This document shows, piece by piece, positions 55,578 to 64,000 of a stretch of DNA of 64,000 nucleotides. The notes beneath the pieces are model-generated. The model did no database searches, was not told the origin of the DNA, and was given only the letters and a program-made list of their open reading frames with translations. Numbering within the stretch: the first letter of the stretch is position 1; every line of letters begins with the position of its first letter. The translations under genes and the position numbers were made by a program. The stretch comes from Burkholderiales bacterium (GTDB lineage Bacteria > Pseudomonadota > Gammaproteobacteria > Burkholderiales > SG8-39): positions 4,658-68,657 of the forward strand of contig JAXMFT010000001.1 in NCBI GenBank assembly GCA_046347635.1. Reading direction: 5' to 3'.

Positions 55578-57071
55578 TCAGCCGCCGCGGATCTTGCGCA
55601 GGCCCGCGGCGAGCACGGGCCAGAACAGCAGGACCAGGGCGAACCCGGTCAGTCCTCCGACCAGCGCGTTGGAGAAGAACACCGACAGGTCGCCCTGCGA
55701 GAGCAGCATCGACTGGCGGAACGAGTCCTCGGCCCGGTCGCCGAGCACCAGCGCCAGCACCAGCGGCGCGAGCGGGTAGTCGAGCTTGCGCATCACGTAA
55801 CCGGCGACGCCGAAGACGAGCATCAGGTAGACGTCGAACATCGACGTGTGCACCGTGTACGCGCCGATGGCGCAGATGACGATGATCACCGGCGCGATGA
55901 TCGCGAACGGGATGCGCAGGATCGCGGCGAACAGCGGCACGCAGGTGAGCACGACGATCAGCCCCGCGATGTTGCCGAGGTACATGCTCGCGATCAGGCC
56001 CCAGACGAACTCGGTCTGCTCCTGGAACAGCAGCGGCCCGGGCTGCAGGCCCCAGATCAGCAGCCCGCCGAGCAGCACCGCGGCGGTCGGCGAGCCCGGA
56101 ACGCCGAGCGTCAGCATCGGCAGCAGCGCCGAGGTGCCGGCCGCGTGCGCCGCGGTCTCCGGTGCGACCACTCCCTCGACCTGCCCGGTGCCGAACTTCT
56201 CGCCCTCGCGCGAGAAGCGCTTGGCGACCCCGTAGCTCATGAACGACGCCGGCGTCGCGCCGCCGGGGACGATCCCCATGAAGCAGCCGACCGCCGAGCT
56301 GCGCAGGCTGGTCATCCAGTAGCGCGGCAGCTCGCGCCAGGTCTCCAGCACCACCTTGACGTTGATCTTCGCCCGCGCGCCCTTGAACGCGAGCCCTTCC
56401 TCGAGCGTGAGCAGGATCTCGCCGATGCCGAACAGGCCGATCACCGCGATCAGGAAGTCGAAGCCCTTGAGCAGCTCGGTGAACCCGAACGTGAGGCGCA
56501 GCTGCCCGGTCACGGTGTCCAGACCGACCGCGGCGAGCGCGAAGCCGATCATCATCGAGGTGATGGTCTTGAGCGCCTGGCCCTTGCTCATCCCGACGAA
56601 CGCGCAGAACGTGAGCAGGTAGACCGAGAAGAACTCGGGCGGGCCGAACCTGAGCGCGAAGCCGGCCACCACCGGCGAGAGGAACGTGATCAGGATCACC
56701 GCCACCAGCGCCCCGACGAACGACGAGGTGAACGCCGCGGCGAGCGCGTTGCCGGCGCGGCCTTTCTGCGCCAGCGGATACCCGTCGAAGGTGGTGGCGA
56801 CCGACCACGGCTCGCCCGGGATGTTGAACAGGATGGACGTGATCGCCCCCCCGAACAGCGCGCCCCAGTAGATGCACGAGAGCATGATGATCGCCGAGGT
56901 CGGCGGCATCGTGAAGGTGAGCGGCAGCAGGATCGCGACGCCGTTCGCGCCACCGAGGCCGGGCAGCACGCCGATGATGACGCCGAGGACGACCCCGACG
57001 AACATCAGCATCACGTTGAACGGCGACAGCGCGACGCCGAACCCGTGCAGCAACGAGGTGATCTCCGCCAA
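55578..57071 (-). CDS. tctA: Tripartite tricarboxylate transporter, large permease TctA
   Basis: 497-aa polytopic ORF with typical TctA sequence (..GVLPGLGGANG..). Confidence 0.88.
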   Translation of the reverse strand: MAEITSLLHGFGVALSPFNVMLMFVGVVLGVIIGVLPGLGGANGVAILLPLTFTMPPTSAIIMLSCIYWGALFGGAITSILFNIPGEPWSVATTFDGYPLAQKGRAGNALAAAFTSSFVGALVAVILITFLSPVVAGFALRFGPPEFFSVYLLTFCAFVGMSKGQALKTITSMMIGFALAAVGLDTVTGQLRLTFGFTELLKGFDFLIAVIGLFGIGEILLTLEEGLAFKGARAKINVKVVLETWRELPRYWMTSLRSSAVGCFMGIVPGGATPASFMSYGVAKRFSREGEKFGTGQVEGVVAPETAAHAAGTSALLPMLTLGVPGSPTAAVLLGGLLIWGLQPGPLLFQEQTEFVWGLIASMYLGNIAGLIVVLTCVPLFAAILRIPFAIIAPVIIVICAIGAYTVHTSMFDVYLMLVFGVAGYVMRKLDYPLAPLVLALVLGDRAEDSFRQSMLLSQGDLSVFFSNALVGGLTGFALVLLFWPVLAAGLRKIRGG

Positions 57072-57124
57072 CGCGCCCCCCTTGAAGTCGTCGCCGGAAC
57101 GCGGTCCGCGTCAGGCCACGGCAG

Positions 57125-57628
57125 TCAGTCCAGCCCCAGCCACCCTTCCAGCGGCCCCTTCGGTAGGGGCACCTTGAACCAGATCTCGAACAGCAGGAAG
57201 AAGACGACGCTCACGCCGAGCGCGACCGCCGCGGTCTTGGCCCACGGGCTCTTGCCCAGCCAGCGCATGAAGAAGGCGATGAACAGCGTCGAGGCGACGT
57301 AGATCCCCACCAGCTTGATCAGGACCGCGTACCCGATCGAGGGCACCAGCATCTTCATCACCTGGGCGAGCGCCGCGCGCCCGACGAACGGCTTGCTGCT
57401 CTGCGCCCTGCTCGTCAGTGCGCGGAAGAAGACGACGCCGGTCGACAGGCAGATGAGCAGCCCGACGTAGAACGGGAAGTACCCCGCCTGCGGCCCGTCG
57501 GCCCCCCAGCGCGCGCCGAGGCGCACGCTGTCCCAGATGACCGTCGCGCCGAACGCGAAGATGAGCGCCGCGACGACGAGCTCTACGGTGCGCGTGGAGG
57601 CGGCGGGGCGGTCGTGGTCGTCGTGCAT
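57125..57628 (-). CDS. tctB: Tripartite tricarboxylate transporter, small subunit TctB
   Basis: 167 aa with 4 hydrophobic helices, between tctC and tctA. Confidence 0.8.
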   Translation of the reverse strand: MHDDHDRPAASTRTVELVVAALIFAFGATVIWDSVRLGARWGADGPQAGYFPFYVGLLICLSTGVVFFRALTSRAQSSKPFVGRAALAQVMKMLVPSIGYAVLIKLVGIYVASTLFIAFFMRWLGKSPWAKTAAVALGVSVVFFLLFEIWFKVPLPKGPLEGWLGLD

Positions 57629-57703
57629 GGTCGAGCCCCACCGGGCGGCGCAGGACGGCGCAGGCGGGCGCGGCGGACGCGCGCGCCCGCCGGCCGGGCC
57701 GCG

Positions 57704-58708
57704 CTACTTGGCGAGGAACCCCGCTTCCTTCATCAGCTCGCGGTGGCGCTGCTCGGTCTTCGCCACCCAGTCGCGATACTCGTTGCCGGTCATCGTCGTC
57801 TGGTTGAACGCGCCGCGCGCCATGAACTCCTTCCACTCGGGCGTGGCGCGCACCTTCTTGAAGAGCTCCACGTAGTAGTCGCGCTGCGCGTCGGTGACGC
57901 CGCCCGGCATGAAGATGCCGCGCAGCATCAGGTAGTCCATGTCCACCCCCGCCTCCTTGCAGGTGGGAATGTCGCTCCAGGCCATCTTGTCGGTGACCTT
58001 CTCCTTGTAGATCAGCCGCTTCTCGTCGAAGACGCAGAGCGGCCGCAGCTTGCCCGCGCGCCACTGCGCAACCGCCTCGATCGGGTTGTTGACGCTCGAA
58101 TCGACGTGCTTGCCGACGAGCTGCACCGCCACGTCGCCGCCGCCCTTGAACGGGATGTAGGTGAACTTGGCGCCGGACTGCCGCTCGAGCGCGACGGTGA
58201 TGATCTGGTCTTCCTGCTTGGAGCCGGTGCCGCCCATCTTGAACTTGCCGGCGCCGGCGCTCTTGGCCGCGGCGACGTACTCCTTCGCGTTCTTGTAGGG
58301 CGACTCGGCGTTCACCCACAGGACGAACTGGTCGAGGGCGAGCATGGCCACCGGCGTGAGATCGCGCCAGTTGAACGGGACCCCGGTCGCGAGCGGCGTG
58401 GTGAACAGGTTCGACAGCGTGATGATGATCTTGTGCGGGTCGCCCTTCGCGTCCTTCACGTAGAGGAAGCCCTCCGCGCCGGCGCCGCCGGGCTTGTTGA
58501 CGACCACCAGCGGCTGCTTCATCAGGTTGTGCTTCTGGATGATCGCCTGGCTCAGCCGCGCCATCTGGTCGGCGCCGCCGCCGGTGCCGGCGGGAACGAT
58601 GAACTCGACCGACTTGGTCGGCTCCCACCCGCCGGACTGCGCGTGCACGGGGGAAATCGCGCACGCGGCGGCGACCGCGGCGAGTCTCACTGCGCTCGAA
58701 AGCTTCAT
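57704..58708 (-). CDS. tctC: Bug/TctC-family periplasmic substrate-binding receptor
   Basis: 334 aa with a signal peptide and a Bug-family pattern (..VEFIVPAGTGGGAD..). Confidence 0.88.
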   Translation of the reverse strand: MKLSSAVRLAAVAAACAISPVHAQSGGWEPTKSVEFIVPAGTGGGADQMARLSQAIIQKHNLMKQPLVVVNKPGGAGAEGFLYVKDAKGDPHKIIITLSNLFTTPLATGVPFNWRDLTPVAMLALDQFVLWVNAESPYKNAKEYVAAAKSAGAGKFKMGGTGSKQEDQIITVALERQSGAKFTYIPFKGGGDVAVQLVGKHVDSSVNNPIEAVAQWRAGKLRPLCVFDEKRLIYKEKVTDKMAWSDIPTCKEAGVDMDYLMLRGIFMPGGVTDAQRDYYVELFKKVRATPEWKEFMARGAFNQTTMTGNEYRDWVAKTEQRHRELMKEAGFLAK

Positions 58709-58839
58709 GGTGCTCCTCCGATCAAGGTGTCCGACCCGGCTGTCGCCGCTCCGCTCTTATTGCCGCAACCTGCGGCGGCGGTGATCGTTCGATGCGGTGT
58801 CGCAAGCCGGATTCTGGCCAAAGACCCGCCCCGACGCGA

Positions 58840-58853
58840 TTGACTCCGATCAA
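58840..58853. promoter_or_regulatory. Crp/Fnr-type box TTGAC-TCCG-ATCAA upstream of tctC
   Basis: Lies 23 nt from a CAGAAT -10 hexamer on the tctC strand (plus 58811-58816), the same geometry as at oxc and fhs. Confidence 0.55.
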
Positions 58854-58874
58854 TAATGCGCGACAGCGAACGGC

Positions 58875-59645
58875 TCAGCCGCCGGGCCGCCGCTCGACGC
58901 GCGGGGGGGACTCCGCCGGCTGCACCTCGCGCACCGCCTCGGCGGGCGCCCGCCGGGCGAGCCAGGTTCCCAGGGCGACCACGAATGCCGCGCCGACGAG
59001 CCCGCACAGGACCTCGAGGCTCACGCCGTAGAGCCGCGGCCTGCCGTCGACGTGCTCGAAGGTCGCCTTGACCCATCCGCCGATGGCCGGGTCGGTGATC
59101 GCCATTTCGCCGGCCACGAATCCGAGCAGGGCCGCGCCGACCGTGATGATGATCGGCCAGCGCTCCATCAGCTTGAGCAGGAGCGTGGAGCCGAAGATCA
59201 CGAGCGGGATCGAGATCGCGAGCCCCAGCACGAGCAAGAGCAGGCTGCCGCCGGCCGCCGCCGCAACCGCGATGACGTTGTCCAGGCTCATCACGAGGTC
59301 GGCGATCAAGATCGTCTTGATCGCCTTCATGAGGTTGTCGCTCGCGTCGATGTCCTCGCCGCCCTCCTCGGGCAGCAGGAGCTTGACGCCGATCCAGAGC
59401 AGCAGCACCGCGCCGATCAGCTTGAGCCAGGGCAGCGTGAGCAGCGCGACGGCGAAGATCGTGAGCAGGATCCGCATCACGATCGCGGCGCCCGAGCCCC
59501 ACAGGATCGCCTGCTTCTGCTGCTTCGCTGGCAGCGAGCGGGCGGCGAGCGCGATGACCACCGCGTTGTCGCCCGAAAGGATGATGTTGACGCCGATGAT
59601 CTTGGCGAGGCCGACCCAGAAAGCCTGCGACAGCACTTCTTCCAC
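58875..59645 (-). CDS. TerC-family (YjbE/Alx-like) integral membrane protein
   Basis: NIILSGDNAVVIAL and ADLVMSLDNVIAVA duplicated TerC motifs. Confidence 0.85.
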   Translation of the reverse strand: MEEVLSQAFWVGLAKIIGVNIILSGDNAVVIALAARSLPAKQQKQAILWGSGAAIVMRILLTIFAVALLTLPWLKLIGAVLLLWIGVKLLLPEEGGEDIDASDNLMKAIKTILIADLVMSLDNVIAVAAAAGGSLLLLVLGLAISIPLVIFGSTLLLKLMERWPIIITVGAALLGFVAGEMAITDPAIGGWVKATFEHVDGRPRLYGVSLEVLCGLVGAAFVVALGTWLARRAPAEAVREVQPAESPPRVERRPGG

Positions 59646-59736
59646 TACCGGCGCCTCCGTCCGCCCCGCCCGACGTTCGCGAGCGCGGGATTGTAGCGCG
59701 AGTCGCGCGCCGGACCGACGCCCGGCGATCGCGCGC

Positions 59737-61407
59737 TCAGAACAGCCCGACCACCTTGCCGTCGACGACGTCGATCTTCACCGCCGAGGGCACCTTCGGC
59801 AGCCCCGGCATGGTCATGATGTCGCCGCAGATCATCACCACGAACTCGGCCCCGGCGGCGAGCCGCACCTCGCGCACGTTCACCACGTGGTTCTCGGGCG
59901 CCGCGCGCAGCTGCGGATCGGTGGAGAACGAGTACTGCGTCTTCGCCACGCAGATCGGGTAGTGGCCGTAGCCGTCCTCCTGGAGCTTCCTGATCTGCGC
60001 GCGCACCTTGGCGTCCGCGGTCACTTCCGCGGCGCGGTAGATCTTGCGCGCCACCTTGCCGATCTTGTCCCAGAGCGTGTCGGCGTCGTCGTAGACGAAC
60101 TGCATCGCCGAGGGCCGCGCGCACAGGTCGACCACCACCCGCGCGAGCTCGGCCGCCCCCTTGCCGCCGTCGCCCCAGTGGGTCGCGAGCACCACCGGCA
60201 CCCCCATCGCGCTCATCCGCGCGCGGATCATCTCGACTTCCGCCGCGGTGTCGGAGCTGAAGCGGTTGATCGACACCACGCACGGCAGGCCGTAGTGCTT
60301 GTGCACGTTCTCGACGTGGCGCTCGAGGTTGACCAGCCCCTTGTGCAGCGCGTCGAGGTTCTCCTGGGTGAGCGTCTTCAGGTCCTGGCCGCCGTGGTAC
60401 TTCAGCGCGCGCACCGTCGCGACGATCACCGTCGCGCTCGGCCGCAGCCCGCTCTTGCGGCACTTGATGTCGACGAACTTCTCCGCGCCCAGGTCGGCGC
60501 CGAACCCCGCCTCGGTGACCACGTAGTCGGCCAGCTTGAGCGCCGCCTTGGTCGCGATCACCGAGTTGCAGCCGTGCGCGATGTTCGCGAACGGACCGCC
60601 GTGGATGAACGCCGGGTTGTTCTCCAGCGTCTGCACCAGGTTGGGCTTGAGCGCGTCCTTGAGCAGCACCGTCATCGCCCCGTGCGCCTGCAGGTCGCGC
60701 GCGGTCACCGGCTTCTGCTCGCGGGTGTAGCCGACGACGATGTTGCCGAGCCGCGTCTTCAGGTCCTCGAGCGAGGTCGCGAGGCAGAAGATCGCCATCA
60801 CCTCGGAGGCGACCACGATGTCGAAGCCGTCCTGGCGCGGGAAGCCGTTCGCCGGCCCGCCGAGCGCGGCCGTCACCTCGCGCAGCGCGCGGTCGTTCAT
60901 GTCCAGCACCCGTTTCCAGGTGATCCGCCGCACGTCGATCCCGAGCTCGTTGCCGTGGTGGATGTGGTTGTCGATCATGGCCGCGAGCAGGTTGTTCGCG
61001 AGCTGGATCGCGCCGAAGTCCCCGGTGAAGTGCAGGTTGATGTCCTCCATCGGCACCACCTGGGCATGTCCGCCGCCGGCCGCGCCCCCCTTCATCCCGA
61101 ACACCGGGCCGAGCGAGGGCTCGCGCACGCAGATCACCGCCTTCTTGCCGATGTAGTTGAGCGCATCCCCGAGGCCGACCGTGGTCGTGGTCTTGCCCTC
61201 GCCCGCGGGCGTCGGGCTGATCGCGGTGACGAGGATCAGCTTGCCGTCGGGCCGGCCCTGGAGCGAGGCGAGGTACTCGAGCGAGAGCTTCGCCTTGTAG
61301 TGGCCGTAGGGCTCCAGGGACTCGTCGGGGATGCCGAGCTTCTCCTGCGCCACCGTGGCGATGCGCCGCATCTTCGCGGCCTGGGCGATCTCGATGTCGG
61401 AAGGCAT
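59737..61407 (-). CDS. fhs: Formate--tetrahydrofolate ligase
   Basis: ATG 61407 (MPSDIEIAQ..) after [21 protein letters not shown]-loop. Confidence 0.92.
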   Translation of the reverse strand: MPSDIEIAQAAKMRRIATVAQEKLGIPDESLEPYGHYKAKLSLEYLASLQGRPDGKLILVTAISPTPAGEGKTTTTVGLGDALNYIGKKAVICVREPSLGPVFGMKGGAAGGGHAQVVPMEDINLHFTGDFGAIQLANNLLAAMIDNHIHHGNELGIDVRRITWKRVLDMNDRALREVTAALGGPANGFPRQDGFDIVVASEVMAIFCLATSLEDLKTRLGNIVVGYTREQKPVTARDLQAHGAMTVLLKDALKPNLVQTLENNPAFIHGGPFANIAHGCNSVIATKAALKLADYVVTEAGFGADLGAEKFVDIKCRKSGLRPSATVIVATVRALKYHGGQDLKTLTQENLDALHKGLVNLERHVENVHKHYGLPCVVSINRFSSDTAAEVEMIRARMSAMGVPVVLATHWGDGGKGAAELARVVVDLCARPSAMQFVYDDADTLWDKIGKVARKIYRAAEVTADAKVRAQIRKLQEDGYGHYPICVAKTQYSFSTDPQLRAAPENHVVNVREVRLAAGAEFVVMICGDIMTMPGLPKVPSAVKIDVVDGKVVGLF

Positions 61408-61469
61408 GGCGGGCTCCTGGCGGATTGCGTTTCGGCGCGTAGGGTAGGTGGCGCGGCGCGGTCGCGCCA

Positions 61470-61483
61470 TTGACGGCGATCAA
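61470..61483. promoter_or_regulatory. Crp/Fnr-type box TTGAC-GGCG-ATCAA upstream of fhs
   Basis: Lies 23 nt from a TACCCT hexamer on the fhs strand (plus 61441-61446). It overlaps the stop codon of the enolase-like gene. Confidence 0.5.
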
Positions 61484-62778
61484 GGGCGATCGAGGTGGCC
61501 CGTCCTCAGCGCGCCGCGCCCGGCGAACCGCGCCCCCGGGCCGAGCGCCTCCTCGATGCGCAGGCACTCGTTCCACTTCGCCATGCGCTCGGAGCGCGCG
61601 AAGGAGCCGACCTTGAGCTGCCCGGCGTTCCAGCCGACCGCGAGGTGCGCGATCGAGACGTCCTCGGTCTCCCCGGAGCGCGCGGACACGATCGTCGCCC
61701 AGCCGGCGCGGCGCGCCGCCGCGAGCGCCGCCCGCGTCTCGGACACCGTGCCGGCCTGGTTCGGCTTGATGAGCGCCGCGTTGCACGCCCCGGCGGCGGC
61801 GGCGGCGGCGACGCGGGCCGCGTTCGTCACCAGGTAGTCGTCCCCGATCACCTGGACGCGCCCCGCGACCGCGCGGGTGAAGCGCGCCATCGCCTCGCCG
61901 TCGTCCTCGGCGAGCGGGTCCTCGACGGAGACGATCGGGTAGCGCGCGATCCACCCGAGCAGGAGCTCGATCATCCCGTCCGAGTCGAGGTCGCGGCGCT
62001 CCAGGCCGAGCCGGTAGCGTCCCCCGCGGCCGAACTCCGAGGCGGCGACGTCGAGCGAGATCGCGACCTCGGTCCCGGGCGCGAAGCCCGCGCCCTCGAT
62101 CGCGCGCACGAGCCAGTCGAGCGCCTCCTCGTTGGTGTCGAACGCCGGCCACCACCCGCCCTCGTCGGCCACTCCGGCCAGCTTGCCCGCGTCGCGCATG
62201 AGCGCGCCCGCGGCGCGATAGACCTCGGCGCTCAGCGCGAGCGCCTCGTCGAAGCTCGCCGCGCCGAGCGGCATGACCATGAAGTCCTGGATGTCCACGC
62301 GCCGCCCGGCGTGGGCGCCGCCGCCGAAGATCTGGATCTCGGGGAGCGGCAGCGCGACCGGCGCGCCGGCGGCGAGGTAGCGCCACAGCGGCTCGCCCGC
62401 GGCCGCCGCGGCCGCGTGCAGCACGGCGAGCGAGCACGCGATGGTCGCGTTGCCGCCGAGCCGCGCCTTGGTCGGCGTGCCGTCGAGCGCCACGAGCGCG
62501 GCGTCGACCGCGCCCTGGTCGCGCGCGTCCAGGCCGGCGAGCGCGCGCGCGATCGGCCCGTTCACGTTCGCGATCGCGCCGGCGACGTCCATCCCGCCGA
62601 GGCGCGCCCCGCCGTCGCGCAGGTCCACCGCCTCGTGCGTGCCGCGCGAGGCCCCGGCCGGCGCGATGGCGCGGCCGCTCGCCCCGCCGGCCAGAGCGAC
62701 CGTCACCTCGACGGTGGGTCGCCCGCGCGAGTCCCAGACCCGGCGGCCCTGCACGCGCGCGATCGCAGCCTGTCCCAT
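61480..62778 (-). CDS. Enolase-superfamily protein, divergent phosphopyruvate hydratase paralog
   Basis: ATG 62778 (432 aa). Aligns by eye along the whole length with enolase (SRGRPTVEV, ADEGG, IKPNQAGT, RSGETED), but SHRSGETED reads SARSGETED. Confidence 0.75.
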   Translation of the reverse strand: MGQAAIARVQGRRVWDSRGRPTVEVTVALAGGASGRAIAPAGASRGTHEAVDLRDGGARLGGMDVAGAIANVNGPIARALAGLDARDQGAVDAALVALDGTPTKARLGGNATIACSLAVLHAAAAAAGEPLWRYLAAGAPVALPLPEIQIFGGGAHAGRRVDIQDFMVMPLGAASFDEALALSAEVYRAAGALMRDAGKLAGVADEGGWWPAFDTNEEALDWLVRAIEGAGFAPGTEVAISLDVAASEFGRGGRYRLGLERRDLDSDGMIELLLGWIARYPIVSVEDPLAEDDGEAMARFTRAVAGRVQVIGDDYLVTNAARVAAAAAAGACNAALIKPNQAGTVSETRAALAAARRAGWATIVSARSGETEDVSIAHLAVGWNAGQLKVGSFARSERMAKWNECLRIEEALGPGARFAGRGALRTGHLDRP

Positions 62779-62792
62779 GCCCGCGCCCCGCG

Positions 62793-63806
62793 TCACCGCT
62801 CCAGCGCCTGGCGCCACGCCTCGGACACCTCGGCGAGGCGCGTCCGCGGCGCGCGCAGGAGCGGCTTCGCGCACGCGCGCACGCGCTCGCGGTCGGCCGC
62901 CGCGGCGACGTACTCGACCGGCGACTTCCCGTCCACGCGCGCGAGGAAGAGCCCGGGCAGCAGCCGCGCGCAGCGCGCCTCGTACACGTCGCGCGGCTCC
63001 CAGGCGACCCCGGCGAGGTAGCCCTCGGCGAGCGCGCGGAACGCGGCGAGGTAGCGCGCGCGCCACTGCGGCTGCCACAGGCACTTGAGCAGGAGGTGGT
63101 TCAGGCAGAACGCGAGGTCGAACGCCGGGTCGCCGTACCACGCGCACTCGGCGTCGAGGAACACCGGCCCGCGCGCGCCCACCAGGATGTTCTTCGGGCT
63201 CACGTCCCCGTGCACGAGCGCGAGCTTCGTGCGCGCGGTGCCCTCGGCGAGCGCCCGCAGCGCCGGCGCGACGTCCGGATGGCGCGCGGCGGTGGCGAGG
63301 AGATAGGGCTCGAGCCGGATCGGCAGGAAGATGTGGTCGGTGGCGAACCGCGCCGCGATCTCGCGCCGCCCGGCGGTCGCCGCGTGGACGCGGGCGATGC
63401 GCCGCCCGACCTCGGTCGCGGTCTCCAGGTCGATCGTGCCGTCGCGCAGCTGCCCCTTCCACACCGGGTAGTCGTCCGGCGCGAGCCACTGCATCGCGAA
63501 CAGCCCGGCCTCGGCGTCCTCCGCGATCAGGCGCGGCGCGGCGTCGGGCACGAGCTCCGTGGCGACGCGCAGCCACTCGGCCTCGCTGTGGTTGCGCGCG
63601 ACCGGCGCGCGCCAGTCGGCGGCGACCTTGAGCCGCGCGAGGGCGCGCTTGACGCAGAAGCTGCGCCCGCCGACCTCGACGCGGAAGATGTCGGACGAGA
63701 CCCCGCCGGAGAGCGGGGTCAACCGGCACTCGGCGCGTGCGCCCGCGAGCCCCATGCGGCCCAGCGCGGCGAGGAGATCCGGATCGGAGGCGGTGGCGGG
63801 CGGCAC
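62793..63806 (-). CDS. APH/choline-kinase-fold phosphotransferase (methylthioribose-kinase-like)
   Basis: ..FCVKRAL.., catalytic loop LVHGDVSPKNIL, DAECAWYGDPAFDLAF. Confidence 0.7.
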   Translation of the reverse strand: MPPATASDPDLLAALGRMGLAGARAECRLTPLSGGVSSDIFRVEVGGRSFCVKRALARLKVAADWRAPVARNHSEAEWLRVATELVPDAAPRLIAEDAEAGLFAMQWLAPDDYPVWKGQLRDGTIDLETATEVGRRIARVHAATAGRREIAARFATDHIFLPIRLEPYLLATAARHPDVAPALRALAEGTARTKLALVHGDVSPKNILVGARGPVFLDAECAWYGDPAFDLAFCLNHLLLKCLWQPQWRARYLAAFRALAEGYLAGVAWEPRDVYEARCARLLPGLFLARVDGKSPVEYVAAAADRERVRACAKPLLRAPRTRLAEVSEAWRQALER

Positions 63807-63818
63807 GGCCGGCCGAGT

Positions 63819-64000
63819 TTACCCGGCCCGCCGCGACCGCCGCGCCGGCCCGCGGCGGGGCGCGCGCCCGGCGCGAATGTCGTAGCGCGCGAGGTCGACG
63901 CGCTTGAACTCGACCCGCTCGAAGCGCGCCGGGTCGGCGCCGTGCGGGACGGTCGCGTCGATGCCCACCTTGGTCACCGTCCCGCCCTTGCCGTCGGGGT
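63819..64000 (-). CDS. C-terminal fragment of a UbiD-family decarboxylase-like protein (partial)
   Basis: The minus frame reads ..GKGGTVTKVGIDATVPHGADPARFERVEFKRVDLARYD.. and ends at TAA 63819-63821. It runs off the window end. The family call is tentative. Confidence 0.4.
   Translation of the reverse strand, partial: PDGKGGTVTKVGIDATVPHGADPARFERVEFKRVDLARYDIRAGRAPRRGPARRSRRAG

Noticed and set aside
58800-58830. Sigma-54-like TGGCC..TTGCG upstream of tctC.
   Set aside because: The GG-to-GC spacing is too long. The Crp/Fnr box plus CAGAAT explains the region better.
59646-59736. yybP-ykoY (Mn2+) riboswitch in front of the TerC-family gene.
   Set aside because: The 91-nt leader lacks the conserved GGGGAGUAG-type core and is too short for the four-helix fold, as far as I can judge by eye.

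Overview
Very GC-rich bacterial chromosomal segment, by eye about two-thirds to 70% G+C (not computed). It looks betaproteobacterial from the type IVa pilin leader, the Bug/Tct transporter and the Sox genes, but that is inference only. All calls come from reading the ORF track and the DNA by eye; no database search was run. Internal start codons were placed by frame-consistent counting. Many long ORFs in the track are GC-driven shadow frames and were ignored.

Layout:
- 0.2-8.2 kb: a minus-strand chain reading MFS transporter, PAS histidine kinase, sigma-54 enhancer-binding response regulator (apparently frameshifted). It is followed by a sigma-54 promoter with an upstream inverted repeat, which drives a PanB-like / CNB-domain / TauE / GcvT-like operon.
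- 8.3-17.3 kb: sulfur genes sat and soxYZAXB (soxX apparently frameshifted; no soxCD in the window), plus a ChrB-like gene, an M48/TPR protease and moaC.
- 17.3-36.3 kb: a roughly 19 kb island of TPR-fused GT41 (x4) and GT9 (x3) glycosyltransferases, with GT61/DUF563, GT-A and methyltransferase genes. It surrounds a lone sigma-54-driven type IV pilin gene and contains a 620-650 bp tandem duplication that breaks one gene.
- 36.8-49.7 kb: a one-strand signalling operon (CHASE2 Ser/Thr kinase, PP2C, FHA, CHASE2 cyclase, class II cNMP phosphodiesterase, CNB-rhodanese, GAF-PilB/GspE ATPase, GAF-HD-GYP). This is my best candidate for an undescribed system.
- 50-64 kb: oxalate/C1 genes (oxc, frc, an Fmt-like gene, fhs), tctCBA, TerC, an enolase paralog, an APH-type kinase and a UbiD fragment. 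Three promoters here carry a TTGAY-N4-RTCAA box at identical spacing from the -10 element.

No tRNA, rRNA, CRISPR array or transposase was seen.
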